DNA of 64,000 nucleotides from Owenia fusiformis (Eukaryota): NCBI GenBank assembly GCA_903813345.2, contig CAIIXF020000001.1, positions 26,474,001 to 26,538,000 of the forward strand, read 5' to 3'. Shown piece by piece: positions 13,601 to 25,600 of this stretch (position 1 is its first letter; each line of letters starts with the position of its first letter). The notes under the pieces were generated by a model. It saw only the letters and a program-made list of their open reading frames with translations, ran no database searches and was not told where the DNA came from. The position numbers and the translations under genes were made by a program.

Positions 13601-16600
13601 TCCACTCTAAAGGTTTTACTGTACATTGCAGCTGAAATGAGTATTTTGCAAAATTTCATGAAAAAACAAGTTGATTTGAATGTTAACATCTGCTAAAATA
13701 AATCAAAATTGTTAGAAAATATACTGAACTAGGGACATGTGTGAACTGACAAATATATGCCAAAATTGAACATCAAATTTTTACAATAAAAGTTGTGTGT
13801 TGTCATACCTGTTAAAGTGTAGTTCATTGCAATTCTTTGAATGTGCTGATATCCCATCCCATTGTAAGTAGCTAACATTAATTAAACTTAGATTTTGGGT
13901 TAAAAGCCATAGCAACATTTTAGATGGGGACTCAACATAAGTTCAATTTGTCTAGCCTACCTTGTTGCAGAGTAATCTCATCAGGAGCTAGTCCTGTTAG
14001 CTCGCTTGCTTTCTCTAAAGCCTCATTTATGTCACGCCCTGCTACCCATACGACCTCATCATCATCCTAATAATGTAAATGTCCAATCTATAGTGCAAAG
14101 TCAAAAAGAAAAACTTGCCATGTGGACGCTGCCGAGTCAAGCTCAATACAAAACTCACTCTGCGAGGTTGAAATGCTAAAGTAATATGGAAGTCTGCAAT
14201 GTGATATCACCAATATTTGCTTGAAGCGTTCATACTAACTGTAAATTGGTTTGCTGGGTTTACAGAAGTGTTCACATTGAAGCTACAGAATGAAATGTTC
14301 AAATAAATACAAATGTACATTAGTATGTAACATACAGAACAGCACTCAATATCTCAGTATCTGGAGATGAACAGTTTGTAGAATATTTCACTGTACAAAC
14401 ATATGACGCAAACAATGAATGTTGTACCTGAGGTGTCTTGCAGATTCTATATGCAGGAACTCTATGACCCCACCATAGCTGCCGTGAGATACACCAGTCT
14501 CTAAAGGCAAAAACATTGAACTGTATGATACACTGCATGGATGACATATATCATCAAATTATCACAGAATAATCAAATTGAATTTCTCTCCTTTGACCCC
14601 AGCTTTTGACTTATCTAAAATATTTCATTCAATGCAACTATACATATTCTGAAGAAGACTATTAAATGAGAATATTAAATCAGAGTTGTAAATTGTATCG
14701 CAAATTCACTTACTTGATATTTTTCAACCATTCGTTCCAAACTTTTTCATAAAATTCTGGGTATAGTTTCAACTCTTTAGTTTCTATAGCTTCTACAGCA
14801 TTTTTAGCCATATTGTTGCAGTCAACATACCACTGCGGCTTAAGGCGAGGCTCAATGATGTCTCCAGATCGACTAGAATTGAATGAGAAATAAGTGTAAA
14901 TGGTATTTAAATATTTCAGAATTTTTAACTTTGTATAAGGACTAATGAAAGCCAAAGAGTTTCTAAAAGTGTTTATTTTTTAAGACCCTCTTCATGTTGG
15001 ATTCTCCTTTTTACAAATACCTTTTTATTTATTTTATTTAGGTGTTCAATGACAGGTTTTACAGTACATGTACCATACCTGCAAACAGGGAGACTCATGG
15101 GGTGGCTCCTAATTTCCTTTAGAAGTCCCAGCTCTTTTAAAGCATTGGCCACCCTATACCTGGCCTCAAACCTCTTCATATCCTAAAAGTGGGGAAGAAA
15201 ACATTAAGGAGGTAAAACTACACATTTTGAGAGAACTTGTACAAGACCATGTAGAAATATGGTCATCTAGGGATTGTTTCTCCCCTTTGAATTATTTCCT
15301 TGCCTGACTGAGAATAAAGGTATAAGAATGTAGTCATTATACACAGTCAGCACTATCAATGGTATATTCTAAAAGTGAATAGATCTCTAATAAATAGAGG
15401 AAAGTCCACAAGGCATTTGTGACAATATTTTCCGGAAGTGTTATATTTCCATTTATCGTTCAAACTGTGACATTTATGCTAATAATTCGACATGTATATG
15501 ATTCTTACATACCCAATACGATAACAAACGTTACTAACATACCAAATGAAAGGTGATTTCCTGGTAAAACTTGCAAAAGTTGGTCCAAATTCACACTCGA
15601 ACCATCCACTTCCTCCAATGGCGCATGCACAGCCCGATGTAAAAAATTAAACCTATCTGATTGGTTGTTGTTGTAAACAGTGGGAGTTTTAAAAAATGGA
15701 GGTGTCACTACGGTAAATCATTGAAAAATATTGAAAAAAATCACAAAATTCAAGTTCTGGGCTACATATCGCCATTTTCGAACGAACTGGCCCATACAAT
15801 GACTATATCCATAACCTTCATCTTTACACTATATTTAACATAGGGTTTGCGTCTCGATTTTTAAATATCACTACGCCAACATAGGGACTCATTTTTAGGT
15901 AAAATCCCTGCTTCACCGATGAAAATTAACGAATAAAGTAGTTCCAGTTTACGGGACTATATTCTTGCGATTCAATTCTAAAAATGGCACATTTAGAAAG
16001 TACTTGGCCTCAGCTTTACATACATACCTCAAATGGCCACAATGCATATACTTAAACCTACTATACACAGTGACACCATTGAAGTTGGCATGGCTTCGTT
16101 TTTAAAGTATTAAAAACACGTCCTACCCGGAAGTGGTATTTACCGTAATAACACCTTAAGGTGCTATGGAAGTTAACAGGAAATGACAAAACAGGAAGTG
16201 ACAATTTTTTTTGCATTTTTAGACATTTTTTAACAAAGATAACAGAGTTGTGTGTTGACCTCCAGTCGATTCAACTAGTTCCAAATACCATTTACAGGTC
16301 CAGGATCACAATGTGCAGGGTCAGAATGACCCTAAACATGATGAAATAACCTTTTTAGCCCTTTGAAAGTGTGACTGAAAAAAAGCTAAAAGTAGGAGCT
16401 AGGGAAGGTCACTGAACAGAATCTTTTGAATTTTTCAGAAAATGTGCCTAATATAACGCTCTAACTGATACAATCTTTGAAATTTTAGAAAATTGTCTTA
16501 AACAAAAATGACAGTCATAAAAAGGAAAATTAATCGCTTTTAAAATTAGTTTTTTCATTTTTTTTCTTTTTCCATGAATGATATCAAATTTTCAAAGATT

Positions 16601-19600
16601 GTATCATTTAGAGCAGTATATTGGGCACATTTTCTGAAAAATTCAAAAGATTCTGTTCAGTGACCTTTCCTACTCTCCTACTTTTAGCTATTTTTCAGTC
16701 ACATTTTCATAGGGCAGAAAACGTTATTTCATCATGTTTAGGGTCATTCTGACCATGAACATTGTGATCCTGGACCTGTAAATGGTATTTGGAACTAGTT
16801 GAATTGACTGGAGGTCAAAACAGAACTCTGTTATCTTTGTTCAAAAAATGTCTAAAAATGCCCAAAAAATTGTCACTTCCTGTTTTGTCATTTCCTGTTA
16901 AGTTCCATAGCACCTTAATATCCAAAAATGGGAAAATTTTACTATCATAATTTTTCCTCATTCAGCATTTTTTCAAACAATTGAGTTATTTCAGGCTCAA
17001 AACAGCTGCATTTCAAACTTTTAAAACGTTTTCTACAAAATCTAGCCATATTTGGGGAAATAGGTGAAGGCTGAGTCTCTAAAAACGGGCCAAAATGACC
17101 TAAAATTGGGTCATCAACTTCAGGGATCTCATTCAAAAATTTTGGAAGCAAATTCCCCGAGATTATTTCATTTTGTAAATCATTATAGCAATGCATTTCA
17201 AGTATTACACAGAATGTACTTAAATGTAGGTTACTAAATGCAAATATTTTGAGTCAAATGTGGTCCCCATGTGCAAAATTGGCCCTTTTCTCCCCCTTTA
17301 CGCCAGTTAGGCCCCAGTGTAGTGTGACATCAAACTCATGCCATTGCTACAATGTAGCAATTTACAAATTAATCATGATTACTCCTCCTGTGGTAGTTGA
17401 ACACTGTTTTTGCATCACGATATTCCCCAGTGTGTTGACTGATTACACGTCAGCTTACTTAGTTACTTACTAAGTACGCAATAACCACCGTCAAAGACCT
17501 GCCGGCACCTATTTTTTGGGCTGGTGATGGAATATTACAAGGGCAATACGAGAAGAATTCAATTTTTCAGAATTTCATAATAATTATAGGAGATCTTACG
17601 GTAGTTTGAACAAGAATACTGTTATTTCCAGCAGAAATATGGTAGATTTTCAAATATTTACGGTATATTTTACGGCCGTTCTTATGGAAAAAATCGAATG
17701 ATAATAAAATATTTTACGGTAGATTTTGGTAAAGTTACAGCAGATTTTTTACGGTCGTTTTTACAGGAAAAAACGGTAATTTTTTAACTGAAAAACGAAT
17801 ATTTTTTGGTTGATTCCCGTAAAAATACGGTAGGTTGGCTGGTATGAGTTACCATGGCAACCGTGGAAATGGGTAAAAAATGAAAGCAAAAAACACCCAG
17901 ACCCGCCATAATGGCACTAATTTTCAAAATATTTCGAGACATACAAATTTTTTTCCACTTTGATATCGTCTAGAACACTTCGAGACAACAAAAATATCAA
18001 AATTTTTTGGAAGGTTTATCACTTAAATTTTTTGCAAGCCTTGGTCAAAGTAAAACTACGAAAAAAGCACTCATTTTCCATTTAGAATCACCTATTATCG
18101 CCCAAATGGCTATATGTTGTCAAGGTCGCCATGTTAAAAGTAAAATTACGGAGCTAGATCTGCTCTTCAGACAATGTTTGATAGCTTTCCTTTACCATGG
18201 AACAAAGATCTTTGCACTGGCAACACTGGTATGCCCATTTCCATGAGATAATGCACGTGAAAGAGGAACAGTGTCTTTAAATGTCATCAAAACTTTTTCG
18301 CACTACTTTTGGTGTAATAATACCATCTGATTGATTGTTGGTGTAAACAGTGAGTCGGGATTCCCGGGATTTGGGCTTTAGGATACTATTTTACACTGAA
18401 CGGAATGTATCGACGCAGTTGTGAAACCAAAATGACGAACAGTTTTTGAACTTCTGTATTTATCTATTATAAGGTAGAGTATACCATTGATAGTGCTGAC
18501 TTTGTCATTATATTATAATATTATGTGTTCATTTTTAAGTTCATGTGTCACTTAACCTCTCAAACACTGCACCTAACCATTGTATACAAGGCTGTCATTA
18601 TTTCATTGAGAAATATTTTTCATAGGCACACAATGAATGGATTAATTCATACCGAAAATTCACCACAATTCTTGTTCATCTTTCCATCATCGTCTAAGAT
18701 GTTTATAGATGGCAGAGCATGTCTTTTCCCAAGGTCAAAGTCATTTGAATCGTGGGCTGGAGTAATCTTTACAGCACCTGTTGAATAAATTACTACAAAA
18801 CATGTACAAAGGATTTTGAAGAAATCATGAACATCATTAATAAATATTTTCAGATATTCAGAAATACAGGTTTTACTGCACTTGAATATTGTATATAAAA
18901 CTGTTCAAAACTGCAATGTTTTACATACAATACATGTAACCATAGTTACCTGTTCCAAATGCCATGTCAATTTGAGAGTCACAAACAACAGGAAGGAGTT
19001 TATCCAGGAACGGATGTCTTACATGTGTACCATGTAGATGCTTGTATCTGTTGTCATCGGGATGAACTGCTACAGCTGTATCTCCTAGCATGGTTTCTAA
19101 GCGAGTTGTAGCAACTACAATCTCTTCTGAAGGAAATAATCATTACACTATCACAGTTGAAGAATAAGTAGAGTGTTTACAGGTATTTCAACCAGAAATC
19201 AAAAATTCATGAAAAATGACCACACAACAACAAATTCATGAAAAATGTTCTAACACAATTAATTGTATAATTGCTTTGACTTCATGGACCTCTATCCATG
19301 GACTTTTTAAGTGTGATTGCCCTTACTCATTGGCATCTTGCAAAACTAGGAAAATTGGGAATACATGTAGGCAAAGATTAAAGTGTGCGCCAAACTTTAA
19401 AACTGCGCAGGTGCAGCGCTCTCGCTAACCTATATAAAGAGATTACAGGGTACAGGCTTCAGAGGTAAGCCAGGAAGGTGAACAACTATCGTCCCGTGTT
19501 GATTTCCCGTATAATCGTAACCAGGCAAGTTTCACCATTGGAATTGAAAATGACTATTAGATATACTTTATATGTGAAGGTATTAAGTGTATGCATCAAT

Positions 19601-22600
19601 CAAATGTCTCATTTTGAACATATAAAAAGTATTTGTGTTTTGTTTCCCAGGGAATTGTATTCACATGTAGTACACACATAAATAGTGTACATTATGTTGC
19701 ACTTGAATAGCCTGGCTTATATAATATTGAAGGGCATGCTGATTGTACACATGAGTACATGCATGAAGGCCTAATATTGATATTGCTTGCATACCTAAGT
19801 AAAAATAAACTCTTCTAATCCCCTAATGTAAACACGGTGGTATACGTAGCCCGATTTATCGGGGGCTTTAAGATACCTAACCCTACTATCACACCAAACT
19901 AGTTCTCACTACGTTCTCGAAAACCGGCTTAAACTTTGCACGAACGGATTTGACGTACTAAGAACCCACTAAGAACCGATTGGGATCTGTTTACAAACTT
20001 CATGAAACTACTAGAACAAGTAGGTCCTCCAGCACTTAGAGCATGCTCAAAATTTTCTGGTGATCGTCAAAACGTTGCCGAATCGGTTTTAAACTGTGTG
20101 CGAACTGAATGAACGTAGCTACAACGTTCTACGGTCTGTTTACGAACTTAAGGACTTTCCCGGACGGGGTATGTAATTTAGAATTTTGAATCGATTCAAA
20201 ATTCGATGGCGACCATACCATTCTGTAATCAGGTCATGATGACCTTCTATACTAAGGGACGGTTTATACTACGTTGCACACCGACGTGGTGCGACCTGAA
20301 CGAACTGCGAATGAGATGGACGTATTGAAGACTATTTATGAACGAAGTAGCTAATTATTTTAGACATATATCCCGACCGCAGCCAGATTGAGCCCGTTTT
20401 ACAACATTTTCGTTGGACTTGCAAGAACAGGTAAGAACTAGTTTGGTGTGATAGGGGGGTTACATACAAGTATACTGTAGTTGGGACAATTCACTCAGAA
20501 TTTGAATCTACTACAGAAGAACCTACATACCTGATGAGGTGTCCACAGGATAAGCAAAGTGAGTCAAGGTACCAAACTCTAATTTACTATTATAGCCAGG
20601 TACTTTCAGTTTTGTCTTTCCTTCCAGTTCTATGATATCAACCTAAAATAAATATAGTGTACCGGTATTGGGATTCATTTTCTTTTGTTTTACTCTGTAG
20701 AGTTTCACCTTATCTTTTAAGAGAATAATGCGCCAGGATGTTACTGAGAATACATATTCAATATAAATGTCTTGTACATCTGAACACCTGTGTAATATGA
20801 ATACCTCACAATTTGAACACTTTCTCTCAGTTCCAATTGTATAATCTCCACTTGACTCTTTTCTTAAAGAAACCTTGAAATGTCAGGCCCGTAGCCAGGG
20901 GGGGGGGTCACAAGGTTCAGGCAACCCCCCCCCCCCCCCCTGGCCAAAAGTTCTTTCAAAATCATGCAGTTTTTCACCATTTTCAGCACTTCTCGTGATT
21001 TTAGCCATATTTGGGCCAAAATTGTCAAATGTGAACCCCCACTGGAAATTTTTGAAAACTGACCCCCCCCTTGGCAAATGCTGGCTATGGGCCTGAATGT
21101 AAACACCTGAGCCAATGTCTACAATGCATTGGTAGTTGCCTGTTTAGATAATTCAATAAGGTTTACTCTCTAAATTACAAATCAAAACTTTTGAAACACT
21201 TGTGTTTTCTAAACACTACCTCTATATCTGAAATTGCAGATTTCAGTGAACAGGACCAATTGACCAATCGGTTGCTTCTGTAGATTAAGCCCTGATCATG
21301 GAGTCTAACAAATGCTTCTGTGACTGCTTTGGATAAATGCTGGAAGTATATAATGTGCCACATCATTTTCAGATGGGGCATATATCCAAAGATAGTCAAT
21401 AATTTTTTTTTTTTTTTTTTTTATTCATAGAATTTATTTTACAAATACATAAAGTACATAAACATTATACACTTGTAGTGGCTTTGCTGAAGGCATGATC
21501 AGCCACTTGATAGTCAATAATCAGTGACGTCATATTTGTAATGACAGAAGGTATGTTACTAGGATTGTTACCTAACCTTCAAATAACTGAAAGCATGATT
21601 ACAGTTATATTTCGCGTAAACTCCTAATATGTACTTACAGGGTCAAGTGTAAATGCCTCCTTACTCCAATCAAGAGATGATCCAAGTTTTCGCATCTGTT
21701 GGAATATTTCCCCTCCTTTCCTGAAGAGCATGATAGAAATATACAGTAGTTACTAGTAAATGTTTGAAACCTATCATCTTTAATTTAAGTTCATCGGACA
21801 TTTCTTCTCACTGTGTTCCACATGTAAATATACAGTCTTTAAAAAACTTACTCATTTTTCCATTTCCACACTTCTTTGAGAAATTCTTCACGTCCTAAAT
21901 CATGACGTGTCTTCTTTTGTTCTTTCCAAAGTTTTTTTTCAACAATGACTTGTGTAGCAATCCCGGCATGATCGCACCCTGGCACCCATAGTGTCTGTCT
22001 CCCATTCATTCTGTGCCTAGGTACAGTAACCACGGGGTACCATCGAATAATTTTGGCAACGTATCGGAGAATGACATTTTACTAAGAAATGGCAATAATT
22101 TAGCACAATATATTTTTTAACTAGAGTTCTACTTTGATTTTGACAAAAGTAAGTATTCCATGCAATGGCTATTTCATTCATGAGTTTGTAGGAATTCTGT
22201 TGGAACCCAGTTCTGATCAAGTACGAAGTTATTGAAATCGGCGCAGTCGGACTTTACTCCGAAAGATGGTTTTTCGATTATAACTTTTTACAACATTTAA
22301 TTAAGTATAGACTTTTGAAAAAAGTACAGAATAGTCCTTATACTATTGAATAATTCTGTTATTTCTAATTCACACGACTCTGATTTGTTTAATTTAAAAA
22401 AAAGTTTTAAAAATATTACTTAGGAACGTAACCGGAGCTGGGAACGTAACCGGAGCAGATCAGTTGAATTATATAATTTAAAAAAATAAAATATATGATT
22501 TAAAGCATATATATTAATAAATACGCATTCGAACAATCCCATATGTTTTTAAATTAGTATATGTACTTTAAATCATATATTTTAATTTTTTTGATTAAAT

Positions 22601-25600
22601 AATTCAACTGATCTGCTCCGGTTACGTTCCCAGCTCCGGTTACGTTCCTAAGTAATATTTTTAAAACTTTTTTTTTAATTAAACAAATCAGAGTCGTGTG
22701 AATCAGAAATAACAGAATTATTCAAAAGTATAAGGACTATTCTGTACTTTTTTCAAAAGTCTATACTTAAATGTTGTGAAAAGTTATAATCGAAAAACCA
22801 TCTTTCGGAGTAAAGTCCGTCTGCGCCGATTTCAATAACTTCGTACTTGATCAGAACTGGGTTCCAACAGAATTCCTACAAACTCATGAATGAAATAGTT
22901 ATTGCATGGAATACTTACTTTTGTCAAAATCAAAATAGAACTCTAGTTAAAAAATATATTGTGCTAAATTATTGCCATTTCTTAGTAAAATGTCGTTCTC
23001 CGGTACGTTGCCAAAATTATTCGATGGTACCCCGTGGTAACATATAAATAAAATATAGAGTAAATTAGTTAATACAGGTTATTGTTTTCAGATTTAGATT
23101 TAGATTAATCATTTTAGAGGAGGGCTAGGCTGATAAAGCAATATTCCCACTCCTCTTTACACTATAAAGACTGTAGACAAATATACCTTTATTTACACTG
23201 AAGTCAATTCTGTTGATCTGGGAGTGAAATGGAATGCATATCTTGATCAAACATGAGCTACCATGGCAACCATATATATATGTCAAGATTTAGGGACAAA
23301 AAATTATGTCATTTTAAAGTAAAGCTTTTTTTCTTTAGAATTTAAAAACATCCCACTTACTGAACTTTTAAACTTTTAAGGCATGTATTTTCAAAAAGCT
23401 TTAAATTGGCGATATTCCATTACATTCATGGACTTTGATTATTTTACGGTTGAAAGTTATGAACTTTTATATCAGGAATTTTCAAATAGCTTTACATTGG
23501 CCATATTCCTTTACATTATTGGACTTAAAATATTTCACGATGCAACGTTGTGAACTTTTAATGCAGGCATTTTCAAAAAGCTTTACATTGGCCATATTCC
23601 TTTACATTCTTGGACTTCGAATATTTTACGATCTAATGAGGTGAAATATTACAGCATGCATTTTCAAAAAGCTTTACATTGGCGAAATCCCATTACATTC
23701 TTGGACTTAGATTATTTTGCGATTGAAAGTTGTGAACTTTTATAGCATGCATTTTCAAAAACCTTTACATTGGCCATATTCCTTTACATTCTTGGACTTA
23801 GATTATTTTATAATATATAGAAGTGTAATTTATGGCATGCATTTTCAAAAAGCTTTACATTGGCCATTTTCCTTTACATTCTTGGACTTAGATTATTTTA
23901 CGATATAGAGAACTGAAATTTATGGCATGCACTTTCAAAAAGCTTTACATTGGCCATTTTCCTTTACATTCTTGGACTTAGATTATTTTACGATATAGAG
24001 AACTGAAATTTATGGCATGCATTTTCAAAAAGCTTTACATTGGCCATTTTCCTTTACATTCTTGGACTAAGAATATTTTGCGATTGAAAGTTGTGAACTT
24101 TTATAGCATGCATTTTTAAAAAGCTTTACATTGGCCATTTTCCTTTACATTCTTGGACTTAAAATATTTTGCGATTGAAAGTTGTGAACTTTTATAGCAT
24201 GCATTTTTAAAAAGCTTTACATTGGCCATTTTCCTTTACATTCTTGGACTTATATTATTTTACGATCTATAGAAGTGAAATTTTATGGCATGCATTTTGA
24301 AAAAGCTTTACATTGGCCATTTTCCTTTACATTCTTGGACTTAGATTATTTTACGATCTATAGAAGTGAAATTTTATGGCATGCATTTTCAAAAAGCTTT
24401 ACATTGGCGATATTCCTTTACATTCTTGTACTTAGATTATTTACGATATATACTTGATAACTTTCAAGGCATGTATTTTCAAAAAGCTTTACATTGGCCA
24501 TATTCCTTTACATTCTTGGACTTAGATTATTTTATGATGTAAACTTGTGAACTTTTATAGCAGGCATTTTCAAAAAGCTTTACATTGGCTATATTCCTTT
24601 ACATTCTTGGACTTCGAATATTTCACAATGCAAAGTTGTGAACTTTTAATGCAGGCTTTTTCAAAAAGCTTCACATTGGCCATTTTCCTTTACATTCTTG
24701 GACTTAGAATATTTCATGAAGCCAAAGTGTGAACTTTTTATGCAGGCATTTTGAAAAAGCTTTACATTGGCGAAATTCCATTACATTCTTGGACTTACAG
24801 GTAGATTATTTTACGACCTTACGAGGTGAAATTTTACAACATGCAATTTTAAAAAGCTTAACATTGGCCATATTCCTTTACATTCTTGGACTTCGGTTAT
24901 TTTACGATCTATTAGAAGTGAAATTTTATGGCATGCATTTTCAAAAAGCTTTACATTGGCCATTTTCCTTTACATTCTTGGACTTAGAATATTTTACGAT
25001 ATATACTTGATAACTTTTAAGGCATGTATTTTCAAAAAGCTTTACATTGGCCATATTCCTTTACATTCTTGGACTTAGAATATTTCACGAAACAAAGTTG
25101 TGAACTCTTAATGCAGGCATTTTCAAAAAGCTTTACATTGGCGAAATTCCATTACATTCTTGGACTTAGATTATTTTGCAATTGAAAGTTGTGAACTTTT
25201 ATAGCATGCATTTTCAAAAAGCTTTACATTGGCCATATTCCTTTACATTCTTGGACTTCGGTTATTTTACGATCTATTAGAAGTGAAATTTTATGGCATG
25301 CATTTTCAAAAAGCTTTACATTGGCCATTTTCCTTTACATTCTTGGACTTAGAATATTTTACGATATATACTTGATAACTTTTAAGGCATGTATTTTCAA
25401 AAAGCTTTACATTGGCCATATTCCTTTACATTCTTGGACTTAGAATATTTCACGAAACAAAGTTGTGAACTCTTAATGCAGGCATTTTCAAAAAGCTTTA
25501 CATTGGCGAAATTCCATTACATTCTTGGACTTAGATTATTTTGCAATTGAAAGTTGTGAACTTTTATAGCATGCATTTTCAAAAAGCTTTACATTGGCCA

